A stretch of 64,000 nucleotides of DNA. Source: Calcarisporiella thermophila CBS 279.70. Its lineage: Eukaryota > Fungi > Calcarisporiellomycota. Of the stretch, positions 1-13,182 are shown one piece after another. Position numbers and translations under genes: made by a program. The DNA lies in the NCBI RefSeq assembly GCF_041956535.1, contig NW_027192198.1, positions 164,551 to 228,550 of the forward strand. The letters are read 5' to 3'. The stretch's first letter is position 1, and every line of letters starts with the position of its first letter. The notes under the pieces are model-generated. The model made no database searches and was not told where the DNA came from. It was given only the letters and a program-made list of their open reading frames with translations.

Positions 1-56
1 CGTGTCTATAAATAGCCGCCTCGATAATGAAAAGCACGGCATTAGGGCGATGGGAG

Positions 57-79
57 GAGAGAGAGAGAGAGAGAGAGAG
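57..79. repeat. (GA)n microsatellite
   Basis: Perfect GA dinucleotide run read directly from the sequence. Confidence 0.9.
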
Positions 80-1260
80 CGCGCGTGTGTGAAGGAGAGC
101 TCAGCGGGCTGCTCCCTCCGGCAACCAAAGAGGCCTGGTATCGTTGATGGACGGCTGGTTTGCAGAGGGGGTGGCTTAGCGTCGCCATGTCTTACAGACT
201 GGAAACAAAGTGAAGAGCCTCTTGCGAAGAGTCCCCACCCCCCAAGGCCCAAGTAACACGCGAGAGCAGAGATTAGCGCGAAAGGGGGAAGTCCGGCGGT
301 GGAGGAGGCCAGCCTTCAATGCCGCCACACATCTCCCAGATCATGGCCGGTCGCCAATGCTCCACAATAGGAGGGGTGGGCGGGGCCAGCATGAGATGCC
401 GAGCATTTTCCAACTCTTTTGGGGGATGGCAGAAGCATCACATGGGACTGCGAATCGCTTCATGCTCTGTAATCTGTCTTGTCAATCCACCATCTATATT
501 GAGGTGAGCAGCAGGACAGAGGGCATGAAACTGCAGTTCCCTCGCACTTGAATTTCCTGGGAGAGGAAGCCCCGTCAGCCGACATGAAAAGCAGTCACAT
601 GAGAGCCTCCATTGGGCCTGGCCTATTCGCCACCGAATGATTCTTGTGACTAGGGGGGCTTTTTAACAGACTCTAAATGCAATTTCATTATTACTAATGG
701 AAGAAAAAAAATATGAAAAAATGAAAAAAAAAAATGAAATGAATGGGGAAAAAAGCAGAGGGAATTGAAAAGGAGAGAAGGGATATCCCAAGGAAATCGA
801 GTTTGTGCAGTGAATCGATTTTTGTCCGGTTTATCTAGAAGGATATCAGACACTAGCAATGCACAGCCAACACTACAGAGAAGTCCAGTGGCAATGGATA
901 TGGTATAAGACATCCTTTCCCTTCTGGGAGATGCCACGCGATGAAGACCCCATAGGGTAGGATGACTCTGTTCTGGGTCGGCTTCTATTCAACCCTCTCT
1001 CTCTTACTTCAGCAGCCCCACTTTCACACATTTCATGGCGGCCGCCCTCATAACTCTCCTTCTATCCCTCTCCTCCTCAACCATCGAAGCGAAATGGGTG
1101 ATGATTGTCTTGCTTCTTTTCTGTTATCAGGATGCTTGACTCGGTGGAAATCATACATTATATTAACAGGTAGCCAAGTGGATGGCAATACATGGAATGG
1201 TACACTCAACAAGGATCAGTATTCTACAAGAGAATAGGAACTTCCACGGGGAGCATTTCA

Positions 1261-2203
1261 CTAGCCTCCTAACCGGTAACCCCTTCCCCACGTGCTCCAT
1301 ACCCACCCACCTCTACCCCCGGATTCCCCCGGGAAAAGCCGCTGCAAAATGGGAGGCGTCCTCAGAGGCCGCCTTCCTCGGTGTCTTCGGGGGTATTCCA
1401 CCTCCAGCCAATTGTAGATATATGCACTAGCAAATCCGGCCATTAGGTCGAGAGGGATGGCGCCCGAAATAAGGAATTGGATGGCGATATCTAGCCCTGG
1501 AAGGTATTTTGCCTAGTCCATGTTAAAGAAAATTAGAGGGCAGTTAGGAAGGGAGGGGTCTACCGAATGGGGCATGGTGTCGCACTACCTTGAAGTCAAC
1601 CCCCATGAGGGAAATGTAGGTCGAAGGATTGCGGAGCGACCACAAGGCCATGGCCGACATGACCAGGGATCGGGTAAGGATTGGTAGATCGAATACGTAT
1701 GCAGCAGCCTAATGAGATTTCCGAGCAATGTTAACATTATGTTAAGAATGTAAAAAAAGGGGCTGGTGCACTGCAACTAAATACCCAATGAATAGAAGAA
1801 GTGATCATATAGAAATAGATGTAGTCAGCAGATCTCCCATTAAATGTACGCAACTCCAGTTCCGACGAGAATTTATAGAAGCGGTAGAGGAGAGCGATGA
1901 AGCCCCACCCAAGGCGGTGCACCACCAACGAGGTGCCCAATCTCCATACCTAACCATGGGAAACATGAAGGGCCATGCAAGTCAACCTATTTTTGTACGT
2001 AATAGGAAAAATACCTCCATCTTTGAAAAAACACGATAAAAATCCAGGTGCCAATGTCGCGCCATTTTCCGCGGTCCAAGGTGCGCCCCGAAACTCGTGA
2101 CGCATATGGCAGTGAAGACGAACCGCGTTACGGGCGGTGTGGACTTCCAGAGCCGAATGATGTCTGATTCCGATGTTGGAATGCGATTTTGCGATCGGTT
2201 CAT
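1261..2203 (-). CDS. Derlin (Der1-like ERAD rhomboid pseudoprotease), 4 exons
   Basis: Spliced translation: MNRSQ...WKSTPPVTRFVF; VWRLGTSLV...YKFSSELELRTFNGRSADYIYF; FK/AKYLPG...LMAGFASAYIY; C-terminal SHP-box-like WGRGYRLGG. GT-AG introns join the ORF fragments. Confidence 0.85.
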
Positions 2204-2381
2204 TGGATATGCCGCAATTACAGGAAGAGGTGGGCCAAAAAAAAAAGTTTCGTTCTCTTGGAAAAAAAAAGGAGAGTAGGATTTGGAAAATGGAGGGTGA
2301 AAATGTGACGGCTTTCCGGTACTGTTATTTTTTATTTTATACTCGCTGGTGAACATCGCGTTCGATTTCATAGATCCCATC

Positions 2382-3007
2382 ATGTCGAATGTTCGCATGG
2401 TAAACCTAGCATCCACATTCATTTCTAATCTCTTCGTGGATTTCTTATCCTGATGTTCTATTCCACTAAAGCTTAAAGAGGACGAGGAGGTCGAGGTTGA
2501 GGTGTCGTGGGAGGACCAGAAAAATATCAACACGTTCAGCAAGCTGAATGCGAAAATAGATGACCTCGAGGATGAATACCAGAAGAAAAAGGTTCGATCA
2601 GGTGATGGATGAATGGTGTGCCCACTCTAACTAAATGCGACTATTGCACTCGATTATAGCAAGAGAAGGAATATCTTGACGATCTCTCCACCGAGCTCGA
2701 GTTGGCCGACGAGGACGAGCCTGTAAAGTAAGTTTCCCTTCCACTTTTCGCGTATTCGCACCGACATCCGCTCTATAGGCATCCTCTTATTATTATGATT
2801 CCGCCGGATAGATACCGCGTGGGTGACGCATTTGTCCATCTCTCCCTTTCGCAAGCCCAGGAGCGCATCGAGCAAGAGCAGGCTTCGCTGGACCAACAAA
2901 TAGAGGCTCTGGGTCGCGAAATCGAGAATGTTCGAGGACGTATGACGGAGCTGAAGACAGTATTATACGGAAAATTCAAGAATGCAATTAATTTGGAGAA
3001 GGATTGA
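2382..3007 (+). CDS. GIM3: Prefoldin subunit 4, 4 exons
   Basis: MSNVRM/LKEDEEVEVEVSWEDQKNINTFSKLN...KEYLDDLSTELELADEDEPVK/YRVGDAFVHL...LKTVLYGKFKNAINLEKD matches the PFDN4 signature. Confidence 0.92.
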
Positions 3008-4576
3008 GGGGTGTCGTGGTGCATTTTGGTTTTTCCTTCCTCTCCCCTCCCCCCCCACTTCATCCCCCTTCTCCTTCACTCCTCCATCCACTACCAATCT
3101 TCTCGTTAACATTAATAAATGATGAACTCGAAAAAGAACCTCTTTTTTATTAGCCACCCTGTGCTACTGACACATGTTGTTTGTCCAATTCATCCAACCA
3201 TTTAGCTTACCTGAGATATGAAATGGACATTTAGGGCAATGGATTGAACGCAGTGTATCTGGAGGTTGAGTCGCCCATTCTTGGCTGACCTTTCCTCTTA
3301 GGCACCCATTCTATTAGCGTAATTACTTTAAGATGGAAAATCCATATTAGCTAAAGGGTGAGAGCGACAAGCGGACGAACCGAAGGTCGCCTTCTCTCCC
3401 CTACTCATGGGGACGGAGAGGGGGGCCAGGCTCTCATTAAGGTCTTGGCTTGCATTCATTTCTTTTTATTACTCCCCTTTCATAAGCCTTCGGTGGATTG
3501 TTAAGCGCGAGAACAGTATCCAACCTCTGCAAAATCTATTCAGCGACGGAAAGATTTCCTTCCAATTTCAATGAATTTCACGAGTTTCTTTATTTGTTAT
3601 CATGAGCTAACTCGGATGCATCCATTTTCTTAAAGAATTGTACTTCTTTCCATAATGAGGGACAGTGCAGAAAACTGCCTTGTCCATTTTCACATTCCGA
3701 TCATACTAGGGAGGCGACCAGATTTGAAGAGGAGAGGCAAAGGAGAGGAGAGGGGATGATAAAGAAATAATCGCTCGATTTCATGCATACATTTTTTTAA
3801 TTTGCATAGCTGGCGGAAAGAGAATACAAAAAAGGGGCTATAAGGGTGGGGCTATTATTAATATTAATAATTTCAGTGGGCTGAGATTGCGTTTGCAAAT
3901 AACCTCAGATTGTTAACATCATATTAAACGATCTGTACCAATGGGTGACGTAGGCATTCGACTTTGATTCCAAGGGGGATGCATTTCTCTTTTTCTTATT
4001 TTTTTTCAGCTTTCTGTTGGATCTTGTTTTAGAATTAGAACATTAAGTAAAGGTGAGTTGAGATGAGTGTTAGTGATGAGATAACATCATGTGCGGATAT
4101 GGATGCGATTGTTCTGATGGGTGCATGAGGATGAATTCTTCCACTCGTTTTATTTACTTTTCATCATTTCGATCCGTGCCTTCCATTCATTAATTTTCAT
4201 TCTTATTTCTAAAGGATCTTCCTTGGAAACGCTTCCCTACCGCGAGAAAGGCGACCCCGTCTGGCACACAAACCCAATCTACCACCGTTTTTATCTTATT
4301 TTTTTCTCTCTTCTTCGTCGACTTGAGCTTTGATCATCGATTTCTCCTCCACGAGAACTGCTGAAAGGGAAAGAGAAAAAAATATCAAATAGGGGACGAC
4401 AAAGAAAAGGGTGAGTATATGTTCTCATCGGCCACCTGGGCGGATGCCACGTACTCATCATGGTCTTCTTTCGCTAGCCTCACTTACTATTTGGTACAGA
4501 GAACCACAATCTATGAACCATAAACCGCCAGTAACTTATCGACACCCTAGGTCAAGACAAGGCATTGCGCTTCCCC

Positions 4577-4804
4577 ATGGCAGAAAAAGACAACCTATTT
4601 AATAGCTTCACACTGCATCACCCGCTCCACAACCATCTCCTCTACACCTCCCCCAACCGACCCCATTCCCCTCAACAACCTCCCCTACGCACCCAATCTC
4701 CCTCCGCGCACCCCTCATCCCCCGGCTTCCACAATCTCTTAGCCTACCCTGCTGGATCGCTGTCCCGCTTTCCGGTACAGTTGAGCCTTTCGCAAAAGCT
4801 TCAG

Positions 4805-4862
<58 letters not shown>

Positions 4863-6903
4863 CCCAGCAGCCCCAGCAGCAGCCCCCCCTCACCAACGCG
4901 TTTAATCAGTTCACGCACCAACTTCTGAACCAGCAATCGTCGCAGCAGTCGGTTACCAATGTGCTCGCATCGCCCGTGAATGTGTCGCAATCCATTAATT
5001 CGACGACCACACTGCCCTCCTCGCTTGCCGCGTCCCAGCACTACCAGCAGCAGCTCAACTACGCCCAGATCTCGCGTCAGTCCTCCTCGCCTCACCACCA
5101 TGCCCGTGCTGCCGCCGCTCTGGCCCGCTCCACGGCCAACCTCAACCAAGGCGTGACCATCACAGATCCCAAGAGTCGAGCACCCGTTCAGAACGGCAAA
5201 AAGGAGGACGACACAAGCGGCCGCACCGACGTGTTCCAGCAATGGACAGTGCTGGATTTGGGAGGCGTGGGCCTGCGCAGCATCAGCGCAGAATTGTTCC
5301 GCTACGAGTTCCTGACCACCCTCTACCTCGGCCACAACCACATCACCTACCTTCCCACGGAGATCTCGCGATTGCGCCACCTTGTGCACCTCGATATTAG
5401 CAGCAACCAGCTCACCTCGATCCCCCCTGAGCTCGGCTTGTTGACCAACCTGCGCGAGCTCTTCTTGTTCGACAATGCGCTCGTGCAGCTGCCGATGGAG
5501 CTTGGGACCCTTTACCAGCTGAAGACCTTGGGGCTGGAGGGAAACCCTCTGAGTGACCCGGTGAAGACATTGCTGGCCAAGGATGGCACCCAAGCGGTCA
5601 TCGGCTATTTGCGAGACGCCTGTCCCGGTAAGTTGCCATTTCATCACCCCTGACCTGATGTCGGCCCTGCTCACCCCTCCCCCCCCCCCCGTCTGTTTCG
5701 CTTATTTGATAGTGCCCCTGCCGCCTCCGGAACGTGAATGGATCTCTTTCAACGAAAACGACATCAACTCCTCCAACTCCAAGGGTAATGGTTTTATTTT
5801 TTTTTTGCGTGCCATGGTTCATGCGAGCTGCTTAAACAAGAGGCTTACCTTTAAACCACCTTTGTATAGATGGGTTTAGCGTTCTCGATTACAATATTTT
5901 GTGCGAAAAGTATGCGACTTCTCAGATGTACGCCTACACCCCATCCTGGGCGCTCGGATGGGACTACCGCAAGGAGCTTATCATGCAAGAGATCCTCTCC
6001 TATAGCGCGGATATTCTTTGTCTGCAGGAGGTAGAAACCTCGCAGTATGAGGAGTTTTTCCAGAAGCAGCTTCTTTCCAACGGCTACGAAGGCGTGTTCC
6101 TCCCCAAGACCCGCGCGAAGACCATGGCGGAGCAGGAGCGTAGGGGCGTGGATGGCTGCGCAACCTTCTACAAGGCCTCCAAGTTCAACCTCATTGACAA
6201 GCACCTGATCGAGTTCAACCAAATCGCCCTCAAGCGGCCGGATTTCCGGAAAACGGACGAGTTCTTCAACCGGCTGATGACCAAGGACAACATTGCCGTG
6301 CTCACGCTGCTCGAGAACCGGGACACGGGGACACAGTTGGTGGTCGCGAACGCCCACATCCACTGGGATCCGACGTTCGCGGATGTGAAGCTCGTGCAGG
6401 TGGCAATGTTGGTCGAGGAGCTCGAGCGCGTCCGCAAGCTTTGGCGCGCCGAGGCCTCCATCATCTGCGGTGACTTCAACTCCACCCCGGACTCGGGCGT
6501 CTACGAGTTTTTGTCGCGTGGGCTGGTCAAACAGGACCACATCGATTTCGGGGGGTATGCGTGGGGCAGCTACACGGAGGACGGGCTCTCGCACACCATG
6601 GCTCTTCGGTCAGCCTATACTCCCGAGGACGAGCTCCCGTTCACCAATTTCTCGCCGGGATTCACGGGCGTGATCGACTACATCTGGTACACAACGAAAC
6701 ACTTGAGCCGGACCGGCATCCTTGGCCCCGTGGATCGCGACTATTTATCACGAGTGGTGGGGTTCCCCAACGCCCATTTCCCCTCGGATCATATATGTCT
6801 GCTGGCACAGTTCAAGGTTAGGGGAAATTCGACAGGCAACACCGGATCCGGAGGCAATGGTGGGAATTTTGACTTTGGGAAAGGAGAGAGAGAAGATCGT
6901 TGA
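4577..6903 (+). CDS. CCR4: CCR4-NOT deadenylase subunit Ccr4 (polyQ N-terminus, LRR, EEP nuclease), 3 exons
   Basis: SPHHHAR motif, leucine-rich repeats, ADILCLQEVE, HIHWDP, ICGDFNS, IDYIWY, FPSDH. Confidence 0.96.
4802..4882 (+). repeat. CAG/CAA polyglutamine tract (Q20 then PQQPQQQ) in CCR4
   Basis: Mixed CAG/CAA codons read directly. Confidence 0.95.
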
Positions 6904-7480
6904 GATTGTTTCCCCCTTTTTTTTTATTCTTTCTTTTTTTTTTGAATGGCTCCTATTTTCGCTTCTTATTATATATATATATTTTCTGCGTGGGGAGTTT
7001 ATGGATGGGATCGTGTAGTTTTTTATGGATTTTTATGTATTTTTTTTCCCCTTTTCTTCTGTACTGTCATTCTTTTTTTTCCTTTTTCTTTTTTTTTCTT
7101 TTCCTTTTTAATTTTGTTTGTAGTAAGTGAGAGTTTGGTTTTCTTCTTGATTATTATTATATAAATTGGTTTTTCTCCCTTTTTTTCCTACGCAATCTTC
7201 CATTTTCTCTTCTTTTTCTTTTCTTTTCTTTTCTTTTTTTCCTCCTCCTCCTTCTCTTTACAACACTTTTTTTTCCTTGTGTTTTCCATTAAATTTATGT
7301 GTCTATAACTGCTGCCACTTATTTACTGTATTCACAATGAATACATTGAGAAGAGGGCTCTGTTTTATCTTATCATTGGTAAGCCACCCTCCTCTAAATT
7401 CTAAGCAAAATGAAATACACGTCTCTCACTCAAACCCTGAAAACTTTATCCACTGCTATAGACAAATTTACATTGGAGAA

Positions 7481-8592
7481 ATGGATCTCTACAATGAACT
7501 TCCCGATCGCCTGCTCTTTGCAGTCCCAAAAAAAGGACGTTTATACGAACGCTGCCTTGCCCTTCTTGAGGGCGCAGACATCCAATTTCACCGCAAGAAT
7601 CGGCTTGATATTGCGCTAGTAACCAATCTTCCCCTCGCGCTAGTGTTTCTTCCTGCGGCCGACATCCCTGCATTTGTTGCATCGGGCAATGTCGAGCTTG
7701 GCATCACCGGCCAAGACATGGTGGCCGAATCGCAATTGGAAGGAAAGGTCCAAGTGGTGTGTGAGTTAGGCTTTGGGAAATGTCGACTGTGTGTACAGAC
7801 CCCCACCAAGGGTGCGGTGCGGACAGTGGAGGATTTGGTTGGGAAGCGGGTCGTCACTAGTTTCGAAAACTTGGCCAAAAACTTCTTCGACAAATTAGAG
7901 AAGGCGCAAGGGGGCGCTGGCGGGAAAACTGAGATAACCTATGTAAGCGGAAGTGTGGAGGCCGCTTGTGCTCTGGGGTTAGCGGATGGAATTGGTAAGA
8001 GTGATCCAGATTTCCTCCCGCTAGCTGTTTATTAATGCCTTGCCCTCTCTATTTTCTGCCCTCCCTTCCTTCCCTCCCTCTTTTCCTATCGTTTGCTCAC
8101 TGTTTATAATTTGCTGCTGACAGTTGATTTGGTTGGTAAGTAACTCAAGCGCCTGACTGCTATATGATTCCCTGCTAACCAGCTTCTCTTTATTTTTTTT
8201 TTTTTTGGCTTGTTGTAGAATCCGGAGAAACAATGAAGGCGGCCGGACTCACTGATGTCGCAACCCTTCTCACCTCCCAAGCCGTACTTATCCAGCGCCA
8301 CTCTCCTAAGCATCCCGAGCTCGTCAATAAAATCGCCTCCCGTATCCGGGGTGTCATTGCTGCCTCACGCTATGTTTATTGCGACTATAATATCGAGCGT
8401 AAGAATCTGGAAAGGGCGGTCAAACTTACACCAGGCAGACAGGCTCCCACGATCAGCTCATTAGAGGAGGAGGGATGGGTTGCCGTCAGCTCTATGGTAT
8501 TGAAGGATGATATCGCCCAGGTAATGGATGGGTTAGAGGGGATTGGCGCTCGGGATATCCTCGTCTTTAACATCAGCAATTGCCGGGTGTGA
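7481..8592 (+). CDS. HIS1: ATP phosphoribosyltransferase; exons 7481-7994, 8124-8135, 8219-8592
   Basis: DRLLFAVPKKGRL, LPAADIP, LGITGQD, GSVEAACALGLADGI/VDLV/ESGETMKAAGL and the C-terminal regulatory domain. Confidence 0.96.
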
Positions 8593-8869
8593 AGTTACTT
8601 GTTCCTCCACTCCCTCGGCGCTTTCTTCCCCTCCACCCCTCCCTCTCTCTCCTACCCCACTGAGGAGAAAAAAATAAATTAGATGTTTCTTGAATTTTTT
8701 TTTCCCTCTTTTATCTTGTTAGATAAATAAAAATACCATAAGCGATAGATAATTACAAAGACGATCGCAATTACAATGGCAAAGTTACAAAAAACAGCAC
8801 ATCAGCGCGTATCGACAGTGTAGACATATTAATTCAGGCATAGACCCAAGACGTTCCAGAGATACAGGG

Positions 8870-10607
8870 TTAGATCAAAAATGGATGCGCCTCCGTGTTG
8901 AAAACCCATTTGTCGAGAGGGATTACATCGTGGGGAGAGAATAGTAGGTAGAAGTACTTCAGTGTTTCGGCAAAGAAGAAGCTTTCCTGGTTGTTATTCT
9001 GCTCGGGATTCTCCTTGGTCACATCTTGGAGCCCAGAGAAGCCATTTTCATTGCGGCAGCATTTGTTGAGTGCCTGGAAGAGTTTCCAGCCAATCTCTTG
9101 GTAGCTGGGATCTCCCGTCAAGCGGTAGAAGTAGAAGAGACTCTCCACCGTCTCCGGGCGCAAGAGGTAACCAGGGGAATCCTGCCAAAAGCCCCACCTT
9201 GCCGCCCTCTCGATGACCGTTGCATCTATGGGCTGAGGTTGGGAGGGAAGTAGGTAGTTCCAGCTCTCCGGGGCAATGCCGCTGGGCATCGCCTCCCAAA
9301 CATGCACGCACCCGTGGACAAGGTCGGTGGCCATTTGTGCCAGCGAAGGGTCTGAGAGCAAACGTGAGCCAAGAAGGAGGGTTCCAGGAAGGAAACAGGA
9401 CTAAGATTAAGAGAGAAAAAGGCAAACATGGTGGAGTTGAGCTCCCTGCTTTGGTAAGAAATAATTGAAAGAATTTTCCCAAGTTACCAGTTCATCCATG
9501 TGGCCACTGATCTTATCGCCATTGATCACGGCCAGGAAGGTGTTGTTCTCTTTGGTTCTAACAAGCAAGTGGTTGCGAACACTTTCTACACTGCGCATAA
9601 ACATAGTACGGTATTGGGGAACTGTCCCCTTGGTATAGTAATACATCTTGAGGAGGTATTCATAAAAAGAGTCACCGCCGCCGCCCACTGTAATAAATGC
9701 TACAGAGAGAAAAAGATACCAGGTTAAAAGCGCACGATTAGCCCCCTCGTTGAAAGCGCCAGGGGGCGAAGAAAAAAAAAAAGCAAAGCGATGATACCCG
9801 TTTCGAAGTTTCCGTTGTCTGGATTAATGTAGATGGGATATAGGCCAGGATAGGGGGTCTTCAACTTGTCAAGGTAATCTATCACGCGCTGGGCCTTCTG
9901 ATAATAGGTTTGATTTCCCGTTCGCCTGCTTAAATGGCCGAACTCCAGCAACAGGGTCCCCATATCGGCCAAGACACTCGCGCCATTGCGCAGGCCGCTT
10001 CGGACAGGGTTCTCGGTCTTGAAATTCACATTCATGTACGGGATCCCGGTAGGGGAATCGAATGCGGGCATGAGGAGATTCGTGAGATCTTGAGCTTTTT
10101 GCAAAAAGAGCTCATCCCCCGAGAGGTCGTGAGCGGAAAGCAAACCTCCCACGTAGCGAATAGTCGTTTCAAAGACGTTGACGACCGGTGGGGATGCGCT
10201 CTTCCAGTCGATGTCGGCGACGAACTCGCGGGCTTCTTCGTATTCGTCGCGGAGCTCCATGATCAACAGCGTGTCCAGAGCGTCGACAATGGTGGCTGTG
10301 CATCATACAAAGTCAACAGAGAGGGGGATACCCCTTTATTGATGGAGAAAAATGGTTTACCTCCCCACCCGTTCCGTGTATTCGACGCCGTGTTGGATAC
10401 CGTTTGCAGCTCATCGTTCCCCCATGCGCCAGTGCGGTAGCCATGCCATGCGTGGAGAAACGCCTCTTTAACCTGTGCTCTTCGCTCCGCGTTGATATTT
10501 GTGTATGGGGGATTAGCTGTCTCAAACGCAAGGCTCGGCATCCTCTTGAGAGGTGAGGCGGACACCAGCGCCAGGGCGGTTATTGAGGCAACCCAAGAAA
10601 TCTTCAT
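8870..10607 (-). CDS. Glycoside hydrolase family 47 alpha-1,2-mannosidase with signal peptide, multi-exon
   Basis: Hydrophobic leader MKISWVASITALALVSA; AFLHAWHGY, FETTIRYVGGLLSA, DSFYEYLLK, LRPETVESLFY, ESFFFAETLKY, FNTEAHP. Confidence 0.93.
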
Positions 10608-11769
10608 TCAAAACAAGACCGCTTTTTGTCGGTAGCTCTATGAAAGGTATAGCGGGGAAAAAATATAAAGAAATGAAACAAAAAGATGCCATCCCCTCTT
10701 CCATGCCCTCAGGGATTTTAAACATCCCATCCTTTTGACAATAAAGAAGTATCCCGTGGATGGGTCATCGGCAGGACTAGTCCATGTATAGTGCGGCAAT
10801 AGGTTTAAGTTCCACGTTTTTTGCTGCGGCAGGGATCACAACCTGCATGTACTGCTCATGCGATGCGTGACTTCTCATTAATGTGCATGATGACGTAGAT
10901 CCCTAGATGCATATCGCCCCATTTTCACGGTGCTTCAGACTGTTTCATTTTCACCTCCGGCGCGAGAGGGAGGAACTCCTGATATATTGGCATGCCCTTT
11001 CGATGGCCAGAGGTATTGTCGCACTCTCAGGACAACGCAATAAATCGTCACGACAAATGGTTCGGGTTTTATACGAATTAGCTTAAACTTCCCGTACGAC
11101 GACTCTGTTTTTGTGCGGAAGATTGGGCGGAAATGGGCGGGGAGAGGGGGGAAATGGCCCAGGGGGGCTGCCGTGCTTCTGCCCTACGTCTTGGACTTCA
11201 ATCAAAGAGATGAGCCTGAGAATCTAGGGACGAGACGGGGCTCTGCTTTTTGGCCATGTCTGGATTATCGGCCAAAATTTAATACCTGAGCCTTAGCCAA
11301 TTCGCCCATTTTATTGAGATTTCCTCGCGAGTTGCATATCCAATTCTAATGCGGGCCAATCAGAATGCCGTTGATTTATTTCCTTCTATTTTTTCCATAC
11401 ATTTTCCTCACACACTCTTACTCTTCTCGTTTTTCTTTATCCTCCCACCATCCTCTCCTTTCTGCCAATCCTCCCATTCTCCTCTTCTTGACATTAGCCA
11501 AGCATAGTAGCAGGACTACGCCTCACACTGCCTTCCCTTCCTTTTTGCCCTCTTCATTCCTTCTTTCTAGCGGTTCTTTTTTTTTATTAATCTGGTTTTT
11601 GTGATTGCCATTATTAATATCCCACTCCATCCCCCGGCTTCCTCTATTGAAATTGTCCCATAAAACACTATTCAAACTGGCGCCACCACCAGCATACGAT
11701 TTCGAGAATGTGTTCTCCACTCCCATCCTGGAGAGACATTCAAGTCATCATCTACACAATAAGCAGCAG

Positions 11770-12897
11770 ATGAGCGTCAAAATACCGCCCTTTCTACAGC
11801 CGTTACCAACACCACCCCCCGAGTCACCCTCACTACCCATCTCACACGAAGATCCATACCTACTTTCCACACAGACACCACGCCGTGTTTCTCGATTTTC
11901 CTCACTCCGCCCCTACAGTGCCTACATCTGGCTTGCCCTCTATTTCTTCCTTAATTTAGCACTCACATTATACAACAAGGCCGTGATGAAGACATTCAAC
12001 TTTGGATTCCCGTGGACTCTGACGGGAATCCACACGGCCTGCAGCACCATTGGCGCGTATATGTGCTACAAGATGGACTATTTTCGGCCCGCCAAGCTGG
12101 GCGAACGCGAGAGCATGGTGATGCTGCTCTTTTCTTTTCTTTATACCATCAATATTGCCATCAGCAATGTCTCTCTGAACCTGGTCAGCGTCCCGTTTCA
12201 CCAGGTAGTTCGCGCAATGACGCCGCTTTTCACGATCATCCTGTCTGTGTTCTTCTTGCGAAAAAAATACCCCAATGAGATCTATCTGTCGCTGGTGCCG
12301 ATTGTCGCGGGCGTGGCTTTCGCTACATTTGGCGAGTACAACTACACGCTCACCGGTTTCGTGCTCACTGTGCTGGGCACGGTGCTAGCAGCCCTGAAGA
12401 CCGTGGCGACAAACCGGATCCAGGTCGGCCGGCTGAAGCTTGACCCCCTCGATTTACTTCTGAGGATGTCCCCGCTCGCTTTCGTGCAGACCATGGCATA
12501 CGCCTATGTGACGGGCGAAATCGAGGATCTACGGACATTCGCTGCGACGGAGATGACTTGGCCACTTGCGTTCGCACTGCTCGCCAACGGCGCAATGGCC
12601 TTCTTCCTCAACGTGGTATCGTTCACTGCAAACAAAAAGACAAGTGCGCTCACCATGACCGTTGCTGGCAACGTCAAGCAAGTGCTCACCATCCTGTTAG
12701 CCGTCAGCATCTTTGCCGACAACATCTCCTGGCTGAATGGGCTGGGGATTGCACTGACCCTTTTCGGCGGTGCATGGTATACAAGTCTGGAGTTGAAAGA
12801 GAAGCAAAAGCTACATGGTCCAAAAGATCTATTGGGGAGCTCTAATAAGCAGCAAGATAGTGAGCATTCTAATCTGACTATTAAAACCATCCACTAG
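11770..12897 (+). CDS. Triose-phosphate/nucleotide-sugar transporter family (DMT) protein, intronless
   Basis: About 10 hydrophobic segments; LTLYNKAV, FPWTLTGIH, NVSLNLVSVPFHQVVRAMTP, TSALTMTVAGNVKQ. Start set at the first ATG (MSVKIPP). Confidence 0.88.
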   Translation: MSVKIPPFLQPLPTPPPESPSLPISHEDPYLLSTQTPRRVSRFSSLRPYSAYIWLALYFFLNLALTLYNKAVMKTFNFGFPWTLTGIHTACSTIGAYMCYKMDYFRPAKLGERESMVMLLFSFLYTINIAISNVSLNLVSVPFHQVVRAMTPLFTIILSVFFLRKKYPNEIYLSLVPIVAGVAFATFGEYNYTLTGFVLTVLGTVLAALKTVATNRIQVGRLKLDPLDLLLRMSPLAFVQTMAYAYVTGEIEDLRTFAATEMTWPLAFALLANGAMAFFLNVVSFTANKKTSALTMTVAGNVKQVLTILLAVSIFADNISWLNGLGIALTLFGGAWYTSLELKEKQKLHGPKDLLGSSNKQQDSEHSNLTIKTIH

Positions 12898-13182
12898 TCC
12901 CCCTCCCTCTCTCTCTTGCTTTATATCTATATATATTTTTAGTAGTATACGGTAATCACTCTGCTCTCTACTGTTTAAGTTAATTCTATTATAATTCCGA
13001 TGCTTCTCTTTCCACCTCCCGCCTTCACTCCCACCACCCCTCCCCTCCATCTTTTACTTTTCTTTTCTTCTCGTGGCTTTTTTCTTTATTTATTCTTAAA
13101 ATATACTATTTACCAATGAATTGTGTGAGAAATAAGAGAACATGTGCACAAGATTGCTTCTATCATAATACAAAGGGCAAAA

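Noticed and set aside
2-1240. Several short ORFs at the left edge
   Set aside because: No recognisable motifs or consistent splice model; they look like promoter/UTR DNA with simple repeats.
3060-3700. CTTACCTG at about 3206 as a U1 snRNA 5' end, or a spliced minus-strand gene
   Set aside because: U1 loop I, loop II and Sm-site motifs are not present, and trial splicing gave no convincing protein.
4073-4117. GTGATGA...CTGA as a C/D box snoRNA
   Set aside because: Only about 45 nt, with no terminal stem or identifiable rRNA guide.
4739-6594. Long antisense ORFs over CCR4, and similar ones over ACC1, the nucleoporin, CLASP_N and chitin synthase
   Set aside because: Shadow frames expected from GC-rich codon bias and low complexity on the real coding strand.
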